A DNA stretch of 60,797 nt from Rhizaria sp. SCN 62-66 (lineage: Eukaryota), in NCBI GenBank assembly GCA_001724265.1, contig MEDY01000155.1:1-60797 (forward strand), given 5' to 3'. The notes beneath the pieces were generated by a model. It was not told the DNA's origin. It ran no database searches and saw only the letters and a program-made list of their open reading frames with translations. Every line of letters starts with the position of its first letter. Position 1 is the first letter of the stretch. The position numbers and the translations under genes are program-made. This document shows, piece by piece, positions 1 to 11,645 of this stretch.

Positions 1-2666
1 AACGTCTCTCGCGCGAGCGCAAACGCGTGCGCGGGAACCATAACGGTCTCGAGCAAGTGCGCCGTCGACAGCCGCGCCGCGGGCTCGCTCAGCGCGCGCT
101 CCGCGGCGACCGCGGCCTCGGCGTCGGCCAGCGAGGGCCACAGAGGCGGCGCGGCGCGGTCCGCGGCCGCCATCGCGGCAACCGCGGCGGGCCGCAGCAG
201 CACAGTCGACGCGTCCAGAGTGACCACCGCACCGCACGCGACGCTTCCGGCCACGGCACGCGCGGCTGCAGCCAGCGGGGCGCAGTCTGGGCCTGCAGTG
301 GGGCGCTCTAAGTGGCCGCTGTTGAGGAGAGTGGATAAAAGAAGGCACGCGGCCCGGGCAGCAACGGCGCCGCCGACGGAGTGGCCGACAAAGACCACAC
401 GCGTCGGGGACTGCTGCTGCTGTTGCTACTGCGGCTGCGGCTTGTTATGCTCCGGCTGTTGTGAGGACAGCGCCGAGACGACTGTGAGCACAACCGCGAG
501 CACGTCGCGAGCCAGCGCCTCGGTGCCCAGCGCCGCCACCACGGGCTCCGGCGCGGGCGCGCGCGTGACGGCCACCGCGGCGGCGACGGGGCAGCGGTGT
601 TCGCCGCAGCCGCACTCGCACTCACAGTCGCACGCGCAAGGGCAGGCCGCACAGGCCGCGTTGCTGTTGCTGCTGCGGTTCACGTCCGCAGCGCGCCCCG
701 CGCCAAGTCCGGACCCGCAGCGGCACTAACACTCGCACGGAGGGCGGTCCGCGCTCGCCCGCCGCCGCTGCCGTGTCTGCACAGCAGCAGAAGCAGCAGC
801 GTGAGCAACAGCCGCGCCGGAAAAGGCGCCACCACTACTCTCACCGCCGGTTCTGCTACTACGGTCATCATCGCCGTCGTCGTCATCAGACTGCGGCGGC
901 GGCGGTGGCGCGATAACACCCCCGGCGCGCGCGCGCTGCCGCTGCCACCGCGCGCTCTCCGGACAGCGCGACTGACCGTGGGCGCGCAGGTCCACCGCGA
1001 GCAACCCCAGCGCCGGCCGCGGGGGGTAACTGTGAGCGGGCGCGGGGCAACCGTGGGCAGCGCTGGCGGCGTTTGAGTACGGCGGAATCGGTGACATAGC
1101 AGAGATCGAGGGCATTAGCGCTGTTGATGGAGGCACAGGTAGCGAGCTTGCAGTTGCAGATGTGACAAGCAAATGCTGCTGAGATTGCTGCTGAAGCATA
1201 TGCTGCATTTTCAGAAACTGCTACTGTTGCTAATGTTGCTGCAGCAGTTGCTACTTTTGGGACGCCGCAAACGCGGTGGCGGTGGCGTACCCGGCCGCCG
1301 CCGCCGCGGCCGCCGCGGAGGGCGCGAGGGTAGAGAACCGCGCCCACGGCGGCGGCAATGCGGCAGAATTACTCTCTGACAGCTGTGACGACTGCGATGA
1401 CTGCGACGTTCGACCGAGCCCCGGTGTGAATCCCTGCGTCGACCCCGGTGCCGGCGGCCCGTACGCGCGCGCGTGCTCCGGCGCACCGGGCTGGTGCTTG
1501 TCGCCAATCGCGGCGCGACCGTGGCCGTCGGCACTGCTGCTGTGTGGAACGGGCGGCATGACGGTGAACCCGGCGCGGAACGACGTCAGCGGGGCAGGAC
1601 GCTTCAGAAAACCTGACCGCGCGCTCCCGACCACACCCACCCCCACCCCCGCGCCCGCGTTCACGTCTGCGTTTGTGCCTGCTCGAGAGCTCGACGCAGA
1701 AGCAGATGTCTCTGTCTCGCTTGTACTCGGATTAGCATTGAACATAGGGACAAGAGGACGCACTGACGCCGCAAAGCCACCAGTCCGCTGTGGGTGCAGT
1801 TGCTGCTGACGTTGCGCTGACATGGATGTCGCCGCGGCCACTGCGACATCAGCCGCGGGCGCCGTCGCGTGCGCCGCGAGCGCCGCGGCGTGCGCGCGCG
1901 CGTTGGCCAGCGGCTGCAGCTGCGGCGGCAGCAGCCTGTCGAGCGTCTGCGCCAGCGCCGCGAAGGACGACGCGGCGCACGACACGCCATGCACAAACAC
2001 CAGCAGCGTCGACGGCAAAGGCAGAGGCAGAGGCGGCGTTGACTGCAGAGGCAGCGGAGCTGCAGGGCTCGCGCCAGAGCTCATGCCAGAGCTCACGCTA
2101 GAGCTAGGGCTCAAGTGCGAGATCGAGTTCGAGTTTGAGTTACGGTCAGAGTTCGCGCTTGTAGGAGCAATGGCAAGCGACTGTGAGCACGCGCTGCCGC
2201 CGCCGCCGGTGAGGGCGCTGGCGGGCAGCAGGGGCAGGCCGGCGGTGTAAATGCGGAACACGGTCTCGGTGGTCGCGTCGTCCGCGTCGCAGACGTCAGC
2301 GGTGCCCGTCGCGCATGACGCCGAGCCCGTGGCAGAGGCGGCGGCCTGAGATGACGTCGCTGATGGAGTCGCTGTCGGTGTTGCCGATGGTGTTGATGTG
2401 AGCGGTCGCTGTGGGGGAATCGGGAGGTCGTACGCAGCGTCAAATCCCGGGATGGGGCGCAGTGTGTGTGCCGGGTGCGAGTGTCCGATGCCATAGGCGC
2501 CCATCTGGCCTCCTGTAACCGCCGCGGAAGCCGGTGCCAGCGCCGACCGTGAGACCCTCCCTGACAGGCCGAGGTGCAGAGTCGCGACGGAGGGTCCGCT
2601 GAGAGGCTGCAGCAGCGTGGGAACAACCACACCGTGCACGCGGCACGTGGGCAGCGCGGGCTGCAT
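1..2666 (-). CDS. Alpha/beta hydrolase, protein phosphatase methylesterase 1 (PME-1/PPME1)-like; 3' end runs off the window; contains 5 in-frame TAG codons
   Basis: Track ORFs 1251..2666, 726..1208 and 426..683 and the unlisted frame below 425 share one reading frame, broken only by TAG at 1251-53, 1230-32, 1221-23, 726-28 and 426-28. Hydrolase motifs lie in the right order across the breaks: LLVFVHG (~1985-2005), LLAVDLRAHGQS (~970-1005), nucleophile elbow VFVGHSVGGAVA (GHSVGG 369-386), then VVTLDA. The frame stays open to the window edge. Confidence 0.8.
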
Positions 2667-2980
2667 CGGTTGCAGAGGCGCTGAGTGTGTAGAACAGGTG
2701 GATAGGCTCTCGATACGGTCTAGGTCGAGCAGGTCTTTCGGGGTTCTGGATGTGGTGGGGGTAGAGGAACAAGTTCAATCGGTAGTCTGTGTCCGTCACT
2801 GCGCATAAAATTAATGGGAATAGAGACATGTATGCGCAAACTATATTGTATAGTAATTATAATTCAAAATGTTATCGTTTGTCTCACTTTGATTCATCTT
2901 TGATCTTCTCCACTTTGCTTCGTCGCGCACCCGACCACCACACCTATGCAGCAGCAGCTCCCGCACCTGTCCGCTGCAGC

Positions 2981-5900
2981 ATGAACCTAGTTCTGCTCGG
3001 AATCGCCGCGCTGCTGTTCCTCCTCGGCATCCTCAACGAATTCGGTGACGCCTTCGCCAATGCCGACGACTTGCCCGACGATGCCGCCGACGCACACTCA
3101 CAGTCTGCAAATGCGCAGTCTTCGGGCGCTGCGTCACAGTCGCAGTGCTCTGACGGCTCGTGCCGCAAGCCCCACTCGGCGCGTCGCGGCCCCGTGATGC
3201 GTCTGTTCCACACCTTCAAACACTACCTCGTGAACACATCCAACCCGCTGCTGCAGATGCTCTTCTCGCTCATCGTGCACGGTGGCTTCGGCGTCTACTT
3301 CGTCCAGGGCTACCAGTTCCTGCCTGCCCACTCGTTCCACCGATACTCGTCACCCGTCGTCTTCGGCGCCTGCCTTGTCTCGTTCTTTGCCGCGTCCTTT
3401 ACCGCGCCCGGCAAAGTCACCCGCCCCGCGCTCGCCGCGCGCGCCGTCGCCGTCCTCGACCTCGAGCTTAAGCAAAGCGGGAAGGTGACAACCTGCGCTG
3501 ACAACTCTGCCGCCGCCCCGCCGCCGCCGCTGCTATCTGACGCGTCGTTTGACGGCGCTCTGAGCCACCCTGGTCTGCTCTGCGCGCCGTGTGGCGGTCT
3601 GCCGCGGCCGCCGGGGTCTAAGCACTGCCACCTGTGCGCGCACTGCGTGCCGAGCTTCGACCACCACTGCGTGTGGATCAACGCCTGCGTCGGCGCGCGC
3701 AACCGGCGCTTCTTCCTGGCCTTTCTCTTCACGCACGCGCTGCTCACCACCTACGGCTCCTACGTTATGGAGTGCGTGTTCCGCGAGATCTATGCCCACC
3801 ATGGCCTCGCCACGGCGACCTACGCGCACCCCACGACCGGCGCCGCGACTCCGCTGACGGCGTGGACTGTGACGCGCTTCTTCGCGCAGGCGTACCCGGC
3901 GCTGTGGGCGCTGTGCATCCTTATTCACGTCATGGGCGTTGTCGTTGCGCTCTTCGCGGGCTTCCACGGCTATCTGCTGCTCACTGGCCGGACAACGCAC
4001 GGCGACATCGTAGCGCACCGGGCCGAGCAGTGGGGCAAGGCTGAGGCCGTGCGCCGCGACGATGCCGCCGCTGTGGTTGCTGCCGCCGCGGACGCCGCGA
4101 TGGACGACGCTAGCGGCGGCAGTGAAGGTAACAGCAAGCAGTCTAAGTCACAGTCTGAGTCCGAAGTGAAACAGATTGATGCGAGTAAGCGTGCGGCCGC
4201 TGAGGCTGATCTCAAGGCGATTGCGAACGACGTCGAGTGGATGGGCGGTGTGGTCGGCAAGCTCGTCGAGTCGCTTGCTGCCGCGCAGGCCGAAGCTAAG
4301 GCCAAGGCGAAGCTTGCACGCAGCGAGAGCCAGAGTCGGAGTAAGGGCGCAGACGCGGAGACTGAAACGGCGAGCGTCAGCGTCGCAAACGACGACAGCG
4401 ACAATAACGATGACGATGGTGATGACGGCGCTGACGTCGACACTGGTGATGCTGCTGGTGCGCCTGCAGCGAGTGACAGTGTTGTGCGCGACCGCCGTCC
4501 GACCGCTAAGAGCAACGTCAAAGCTACTGCGGCCACCAAGGCCAAGACCAAGGCCGACAAATCAGTGTCTACTCCTTATGCGACTGCTGTGTCCACTGAG
4601 GAAGGCAAGAACGGGTGCGCCGTGCCCGGTTGGTCGGCATCCCCCTGGCCGCTAGCTCAGTCACCCGCGGCGCTGTCTAAGTACCCCTTAGCCGTGGCGC
4701 TGATTGAGAAGCTTGCCCGGGCCCCCATGGATATAGCCGCCGCCCGCCCCCGCTCCCGCCCCCTCACTATGGGGGGCGCCACCGTGAAGCCTGCTGTCGC
4801 GGCGACGGTGAGCCTGGCAGAGGCTGCTGCCGCCGGTTGTGTGCCCGGGGCCGCCGAGCTCTCACCGCTGCCCGCCTCGCCCACAGTCGTGCCCACGGTC
4901 TCCCCCGTGCCCACAGTCACTGCGATTGGAGCGAACACGAAGCTGCAGATTGGGACCGAGAGTGCTCTGTGTACGCAGACCGAGAGCGCTTTGTTCGCCG
5001 GTGCAGACTGGCCGACTCTGTTGCAGCAGCCCTCGATCGCGTTCCTGACGCACCTGCTGCCCACAGTCGTCGCCGCTGACCTGGACTCCGCTCCCGCTGT
5101 TCCTGCTGAGTCAGCAACTACTGATGAGTCAGCAGCCGCGCAGACCGGGATTCCGATCGCGGTGTACTCGCGGTTGCTGCTGGCGTCTTCGGCGGCCGCG
5201 GTGGCCACTCTGGCCGGCACGCCCGTCAAGCCCGAGCTCGACCTCGACGTGCTCTCTCTGCCCATCGCGAACAACAACAGCAACAGCAGCAGTCGTGGTA
5301 AGGGTGAGGATGTGAGTGTGAATAACAAGATCAAGGCTTTGCTGTGCACAGTCCCCGTGTCCGTGAATACTCATGCTAGTATGCATGGTTCATCTGGTAC
5401 ATCTGACCCCACAGGTACTACGTGTACCACTGGTGCGCTGTCTGCGCGCGCCACCGCGCTGGTCATCGCGGCGTGCAACCTCGACTGGTCCATCCTCTAC
5501 GACAACGACGATGTCGACTGTGATGGCAGTCAGAACAAGAACGCGGAAGAGGACTGTATGAGCCCCGAGAACCAGCTGCGCGCTGCCGCCGCGTTCGCCG
5601 TTGCCGCCGCGGCCGAGCTGCTGTGGGGCGAGCAGGCCTGGGCGCGCTACACGCAGAGTTGCAGCAACAGCAACAGCAAGAGCGTTGAATCCAAGTCCGC
5701 CGAGGGCGAGACTGAGACCGATGCTGAGGCTGCGAACGAGGCTGAGGCTGAGACTGCGGCGACCGTGGTCGTGGCTGGGGTGACCGTGAGCACGGCCGCC
5801 GCGGCCGTTGCTGCCCGCGCGCGCCAGTGCTTGTCGTACCCTTTCTCGGTCGTTCCCGCCGCGGCCTGCGCGCGCGCTGCCCGCGACCCCGCTCTCGCGC

Positions 5901-6088
5901 CCGCTGCGGCGGCGCGGCGGTGGCCGCAGTCTGTGCTGCCCGTGCTGCTGCGGCCGTGGGACTACTGGGCCGAGGCCGTGGGCTGCGCCGGCCGCGCGCT
6001 GGGCCATCCGGGCGACGAGGGCGTCGTCGCCAACGTGCGCCGCGGCTGGGGCGGCGGCGCGCTCGCCGAGCTCTGGCCAGAGTTCTGA
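2981..6088 (+). CDS. DHHC palmitoyl acyltransferase (ZDHHC4/Swf1-like) with a long low-complexity C-terminal region
   Basis: Cys-rich domain CAPCGGLPRPPGSKHCHLCAHCVPSFDHHCVWINACVGARNRRFF flanked by hydrophobic helices. Start placed at the first in-frame ATG (2981), which precedes a hydrophobic N-terminus. TGA stop. Confidence 0.92.
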   Translation: MNLVLLGIAALLFLLGILNEFGDAFANADDLPDDAADAHSQSANAQSSGAASQSQCSDGSCRKPHSARRGPVMRLFHTFKHYLVNTSNPLLQMLFSLIVHGGFGVYFVQGYQFLPAHSFHRYSSPVVFGACLVSFFAASFTAPGKVTRPALAARAVAVLDLELKQSGKVTTCADNSAAAPPPPLLSDASFDGALSHPGLLCAPCGGLPRPPGSKHCHLCAHCVPSFDHHCVWINACVGARNRRFFLAFLFTHALLTTYGSYVMECVFREIYAHHGLATATYAHPTTGAATPLTAWTVTRFFAQAYPALWALCILIHVMGVVVALFAGFHGYLLLTGRTTHGDIVAHRAEQWGKAEAVRRDDAAAVVAAAADAAMDDASGGSEGNSKQSKSQSESEVKQIDASKRAAAEADLKAIANDVEWMGGVVGKLVESLAAAQAEAKAKAKLARSESQSRSKGADAETETASVSVANDDSDNNDDDGDDGADVDTGDAAGAPAASDSVVRDRRPTAKSNVKATAATKAKTKADKSVSTPYATAVSTEEGKNGCAVPGWSASPWPLAQSPAALSKYPLAVALIEKLARAPMDIAAARPRSRPLTMGGATVKPAVAATVSLAEAAAAGCVPGAAELSPLPASPTVVPTVSPVPTVTAIGANTKLQIGTESALCTQTESALFAGADWPTLLQQPSIAFLTHLLPTVVAADLDSAPAVPAESATTDESAAAQTGIPIAVYSRLLLASSAAAVATLAGTPVKPELDLDVLSLPIANNNSNSSSRGKGEDVSVNNKIKALLCTVPVSVNTHASMHGSSGTSDPTGTTCTTGALSARATALVIAACNLDWSILYDNDDVDCDGSQNKNAEEDCMSPENQLRAAAAFAVAAAAELLWGEQAWARYTQSCSNSNSKSVESKSAEGETETDAEAANEAEAETAATVVVAGVTVSTAAAAVAARARQCLSYPFSVVPAAACARAARDPALAPAAAARRWPQSVLPVLLRPWDYWAEAVGCAGRALGHPGDEGVVANVRRGWGGGALAELWPEF

Positions 6089-6285
6089 GCGGGGAAACGA
6101 TAAATTATCATGAACAAAACTATGTATTGGTGTGCTTCTTTGGTGTCGTATGTAAGTAAGTTAAGTATCTTATCAAAGAGGAAACACGGTGAATTCTAGG
6201 TATATTTTTTGAAGGTAGCAACTTTGAGTGGCAAAATATGAGTAATACAGACAATGGCCAATTTCACCTCTCACGCGATCTGGGC

Positions 6286-8256
6286 TTACGCAGGTGCTCC
6301 AGCTTGGTAGCCACGCGCAGCAGAGGCAGCTGCAGCGTAGTAGGCGGCGGCAGCAGCGGCGGCGCGTGCGCCCGCGTACTGATTGAAGTACCGGCTCTGA
6401 GCGCGCTGTTCGCTAGAGTAGCTGTAGCTGTAGCTGTGGCTGTGGCTATGCTCGTAGCTACGGCTTTGACTGTTGCTACCGTTGTCGTTATCGCCCTCAT
6501 TAGACGCCGATTTAGAGCGGTCATGTGCAGACGCAGAGCCCGATTCCGTGTCGGCATCAGTGTCGCAGCCCATACTTGCACTACCATTGCGACGGTGAGC
6601 AGAATACGCCTGATGACTGTGGGTGGTCAACGAGTAGAAACACGTCGCCAGGGTCGCCGCCACGCCCACAGTCACGACGTCGGCGAGCGACAGCACAGCG
6701 GCACCGGGGCCTACCTGCCCCGCCGCAGTGGCAGCCAAAGCAGCCTTAGTCGGGGCCAACGCAGCAACTGCCGCGGCTGCACAAAGGCTGAGAGAACCAG
6801 TTGCTTGCGCAATGGCGCCTGCAGCGGGGGCAAACGCGGTCCAGAAGCGCCGCCCACAGTCACTCTTTGTAATCGTGTGCTCGCGGTCATTCTGAGTGGT
6901 CTGCTCACGTAACAGGTTAAAGCGCGCAGGAAACGCGGCCGCCAGGAGCACTGCAAGAGTTATAGTTGCAAACACACTAAGCGTCAGGCCAGCAAGAACG
7001 GCGTGGGGATCCGCACTGCCTGCAGACACTGTCGCAGCGCTGCTGTTGCTCGTATTCACGCCTGCAAAGACCATTCTGGTGGCAAACCCAACCGCGGGCG
7101 CGGCAGCAGCGGTAACCGCAACAGTCGCAAACAGAAGCACAACGGCCTGCTGTGCGAGCGCGAACGCCGTCTCCGCGAGCGCTGCGGCGGCTGTGACGGC
7201 CAGCGCGGCCGCGGCGGGCACGGTGAGCTCTGCAAGCGCCGCGGACGGGGCGAACAGCAGCGGCAAATTGGCGTCGACGCGCACGCGCGCCAGGAACGCG
7301 CCCACCGTGGCGGTCATCGTCTTCGCACGGGCGCTCCTGTACGTGATCGCGGCGAGCGCAGATGATAGCAGCGAGGGCCCGGCGGCGGCGGCGCGCAGGA
7401 TCAGCCACGCGAGCAGGGCCTGGACGCACAGAGCACTGACAAGCCACCGCAGAGGGGCGCTGGAAAGCAAATGCAGTGCAGCAGCCGTAGGTCTTGCGGG
7501 GAAGCGCGAAACGCCCGTGGTCGCGCTTGCAGGTTGAGTATCAACACCTGTGTTGTAGCTCTGAGACCACTCGTCGCTCGAATTATTGTTGGTGTCTTTT
7601 GTAGTGAATGAAGACACTGTGAATCGTAAGGGTTGACCAAACAACGGCTGCACTTGCTGCGGCAATGGCAACGCTGTGCTATTCAACACAAATGAGCTCG
7701 TGCGCTCTGCCCCGCAGCCCTCACAGTCAGTTGCACGTGCGGCAGGACGAGAGCCTAAGCTTGAGCCGGTAGCGTCCGCATGCAAGAGCGCCTCAAGAGC
7801 GGGACAAGGGGGGTCTACAACAGCGCCATTACTTGAAGGCAGTCTTGTTGCGTAAGGCGTTGTGATATACATGGCGAGTGCTGCCGCGAGTGCAAAGAAC
7901 ACCAGCGACGCGCGTAGCGAGCGGAGACCCGCGACAATCGTCTTGCGTGAGACCGGGGACTGTGCAAGCCCGCTGTCGTCAACCCCTGCAGAGGAGCTTG
8001 GGTCCGACTGCGGGGTCGCGGAGGCACCTTGTCGATGTGTATGAGACTGCGAATGCGCCGATGCAGAGCCAGAGCTTGTGTTCGCGCCTGCGCGTGTGAA
8101 CGGCTCGTGGCCAGAAGCAAAGTTTGGCGTGTTATGCTCACTGCGGGTGCCGGATGCATAATGTCGGCGCGGAGTGAAGAATGACGGCGGGGGAGAGCTA
8201 AAGCCCCAGGACTGCCTGCGGTGGGGCGCGGCGCCCGAGGGGAGGTCACTGTCCAT
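6286..8256 (-). CDS. Hypothetical multi-pass membrane protein, Ala/Ser-rich
   Basis: Uninterrupted ORF of about 656 codons from ATG 8256 to TAA, bounded by AT-rich spacers, with several hydrophobic stretches. No family recognised. Confidence 0.65.
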   Translation of the reverse strand: MDSDLPSGAAPHRRQSWGFSSPPPSFFTPRRHYASGTRSEHNTPNFASGHEPFTRAGANTSSGSASAHSQSHTHRQGASATPQSDPSSSAGVDDSGLAQSPVSRKTIVAGLRSLRASLVFFALAAALAMYITTPYATRLPSSNGAVVDPPCPALEALLHADATGSSLGSRPAARATDCEGCGAERTSSFVLNSTALPLPQQVQPLFGQPLRFTVSSFTTKDTNNNSSDEWSQSYNTGVDTQPASATTGVSRFPARPTAAALHLLSSAPLRWLVSALCVQALLAWLILRAAAAGPSLLSSALAAITYRSARAKTMTATVGAFLARVRVDANLPLLFAPSAALAELTVPAAAALAVTAAAALAETAFALAQQAVVLLFATVAVTAAAAPAVGFATRMVFAGVNTSNSSAATVSAGSADPHAVLAGLTLSVFATITLAVLLAAAFPARFNLLREQTTQNDREHTITKSDCGRRFWTAFAPAAGAIAQATGSLSLCAAAAVAALAPTKAALAATAAGQVGPGAAVLSLADVVTVGVAATLATCFYSLTTHSHQAYSAHRRNGSASMGCDTDADTESGSASAHDRSKSASNEGDNDNGSNSQSRSYEHSHSHSYSYSYSSEQRAQSRYFNQYAGARAAAAAAAYYAAAASAARGYQAGAPA

Positions 8257-8712
8257 CACGCAGTCAAACGGCTTGCGCAAGGACCGACTGGTTGCGGGAG
8301 ATAAGTGCCTACTATGTAAATATAAAAAGAAATTCGGTATTAAAAAGTAAATTTAATATTTGTACAGAGTGTGACTTTAATAAACGACGACTGTATACAA
8401 AATAAACTGTGTTTGAAGTGTTGTGACAAATCTAGCCGTTGGCTGCAAACCACTTTGCTGCCATTCCTTAGCGCCGCGAACTGTACACAAAACAAGCTAG
8501 ACGTTCAAGACAAGTGAAAGGTTCAGAATTAAATTTGAATTTATTCTATGTAACAAGCGGAATTATTTCTAAATATAAACGCCATTTTATCTCTAGGTAT
8601 CATACACAGATCCAAACCCAGCTCTACCGCATGGTTGTGGACTTGGACCTTCCCTACTCGTGCTGTCAGGTCGTTGACTGTTTCAAACAGCGCAGATATT
8701 ACGGCTGATCGC

Positions 8713-9537
8713 TCACGCGTCCATCTCGGCAAAAGGGTTTGCGTGCACGGTGATCGACTCGATCTCGATGGCCTCCGTGGGGCGGTTCTTCTTGTCCACG
8801 GGAGCCTCTTCGATCAGCTCCAGGACGGAAGTGCCGTAGATGAGGCGGCCGAAGACAGAGTTGACGTTGTCCAGGTGCGGCAGCTTGTCCATCGTAATAA
8901 AAAACTAAGGCGCGCGCAGCAAAGATGAAGCAACGCGATGAAAAAGCGAACGTGAAAGATTGGGACGTGAGCGAAGCAAACAAACAAGAGGAGTTATGTC
9001 ATAGCATGGGTGAAGATCGTGGAGTCAAGAGAGCCATGCATCATGAAAGGCGACAATGAATAGTCCGCAGATATCATGTTGTGCCGTACCTGCGAGCCGT
9101 TAGTGTTGGGCCCCTTGTTGGCCATGGAGAGCACGCCGCGCGCGTTGTGGCGCAACGACTCGACGATCTCATCGTCGAAGAATGGGCCGTAGATGGACTC
9201 GCCGCCCTTGCCCGTGCCCGAAGTGTCGCCGCCCTAAAAGAAGATAGTAAAAAGCAGTAAAACAATAGCGTGGGTGAGCATATGAGCGATTATGGTGTGT
9301 ACTGAGAGACTGTGACAAGCGCAACTGATTGAGAGAGACGTTGAGCATAGAGCATTTGCGCAGACGAGCGATAGAACGTACCTGGGCAATAAATCCGCGC
9401 ATGACGCGGTGAAACTTGGTGCCGTTGTAGGCCTCACTGGCGGCAAGAGCGAGAAAGTTCTTGCAGGTGCGCGGCGCGAGGTCGCAGTAGAGCTCGAACT
9501 TCATGTCACCCTTCGATGTGTGGATGGTCACCGACAT
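8713..9537 (-). CDS. PPIL3: Peptidyl-prolyl isomerase-like 3 (cyclophilin), 3 exons
   Basis: Exons 9537-9382, 9233-9090 and 8904-8713 splice to [19 protein letters not shown]...[27 protein letters not shown]...[16 protein letters not shown]...ITVHANPFA. Both introns are GTACG...AG. TGA stop. Confidence 0.95.
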
Positions 9538-9874
9538 GTGCAAAAGGGGGCCTACAGATCGAGAGGAACAACAAGTGCAAAAGAAACATAATTATAAAAT
9601 GTAAGCGGGAAGTGATCGTTGAATATCGGCCGTTTCAAAAATATATCATTTGACGATCAAACGGGAGCACATGAGCAAGAATGAACAAACCTAACAATCG
9701 CTCCCATTTCGCTGTCCACGAACGGCTTGGTCGCTCTTGTGGTTGGCAGCAATTTTCGTCAAAAGTTCGAGATCGGTCGGCGGCTTAACCTTTTTCGGCT
9801 CGGTCAGTCTGAGACGAGACGGGCCATGGCCAAGATGGCCCTCGTGAACAAAGGTAACTTTGAGCTTAACCAGA

Positions 9875-11645
9875 ATGCGTTTCATTGCTTTCTTCATTGC
9901 CATGCTTGTTGCTGGCGTCATGTCCGAGGTCTTCTTCTCTGAGAAGTTCAACGACGGTGGTACGTCCGCTTTTATTACCGAAATACGAAACCCGCAACTC
10001 ACCCATGAGCGATGCTGACATCAGCAGTCATATCCAGCCTCAGTTCGCATGACAAACTCATGATTCAGATAGTGCCCTTCTAGTACTATAAATTTAAGTA
10101 AGTCGCTCACCAATTCTCACTTGTCCCTTCTCAATTGCTCCGTTTTTTCTGCGTCTACAGAGGCCTGGAAGTCCCGCTGGACCGTCTCGGACCACAAGAA
10201 GGACGAGGGCACCGCCGGTGTTTGGGACGTCACTCCCGGCAAGATCTACGGCGATGCCGCTGCCGAGGCCGGTCTGACCACCACCGAGGACGCTCGCTTC
10301 TACGCCATCTCTTCCCAGATGAAGGAGTTCTCCTCCGTCGGCAAGACCCTCGTTGTCCAGTTCTCCGTCAAGCACGACCAGGGCATCGACTGCGGTGGTG
10401 GCTACATCAAGATTGCCCCCGCTGGCATTGACCAGACCAAGTTTAACGGCGACTCCCCCTACAACATCATGTTCGGCCCCGACATCTGCGGCGCCACCCG
10501 CCGCATCCACGCCATCTTCAACCATGAGGGCAAGAACAAGCTCATCTCCAAGGAGGTCTCCTGCGAGACGGACAAGAACACCCACGTCTACACCCTCATC
10601 GTCAACGGCGCTGACCTGACTTACCAGATCCTCGTCGACGGCGAGAAGCGCCAGTCCGGCAACCTCGAGGACGACTGGGATTTCCTCGCCCCCAAGCAGG
10701 TCCCCAACCCCGCCATCACCAAGCCCGCCGACTGGGTCGACGAGCCCATGATGGTGGACCCCGCCGACGTCAAGCCCGCCGACTACGACGACATCCCGGC
10801 CAAGATCCCCGACCCCGACGCGTTCAAGCCCGATGACTGGGACGAGGAGCTCGACGGCGTGTGGGAGGCCCCCACCATTGCCAACCCCGCCTTCAAGGGC
10901 CCCTGGCAGCCCAAGAAGATCGCTAACCCGGCCTACAAGGGCGCCTGGGAGCAGCCCAAGATGGACAACCCCGCCTATAAGGTACGCTTACGCCGCTATA
11001 ACGCGCACGGAACGCAACAATACCACACTGCTATGATCAAGTCTCCGTGTCCTGCACACGGGAGGCCTGTTGCGCGGTGCGGATACTGTTTCTCAGATCT
11101 TGCCTTTTGTTATTGAGTTCACTTTTTTCAATGTGTATTTATATGATGATCACATATCCGTGGCATACGGTGCAACGACTTTGTCGTTTGGCTACCGCAC
11201 TTGGTGCTTACACATCTTACCTACATTCTCTGACTTTCTGCACATGAATAATCTTACTCTTAAACAAAACAACAACGCTTCGCAATCGCTCCACTGCAAT
11301 CTTGTCTATGTCCGAACTCTCCCTCTCACATATTTCTTCCCTTCCTCTTCCTCATGTTTCCCACCACCTTAGCCCGACTCCACCATCGGCCAGTACAAGT
11401 CCAACGCGCTTGTCGGCTTCGAGATCTGGCAGGTCAAGGCCGGCACCGTGTTCGACAACATCCTCATCACCGACGACGTCGAGCTGGCCGCCGCTGAGGC
11501 CGCCGAGATGGCCGCCCGCCGCGACGGCGAGCGCGCCAAGATCGCCGAGGTGGAGAAGGCCGAGGCCGACAAGGCCCGCGAGGACATCGCCAAGGACCTC
11601 GCCGACGAGCCCGCTAAGGATGCCGAGAACAAGGATGAGCTCTAA
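9875..11645 (+). CDS. CALR: Calreticulin, 3 exons
   Basis: Exons 9875-9959, 10161-10981 and 11373-11645. Signal peptide MRFIAFFIAMLVAGVMS, motifs KHDQGIDCGGGYIK and IMFGPDICG, P-domain KPADW/KPDDWD repeats, EIWQVKAGTVFDNILITDD, and terminal KDEL followed by TAA. Confidence 0.98.

Noticed and set aside
2789-2980. N-terminal extensions given by the ORF track (also 30550, 37130, 48011, 49732, 57155)
   Set aside because: They start mostly at GTG/TTG in AT-rich spacer DNA; downstream ATGs match signal peptides or family N-termini better.
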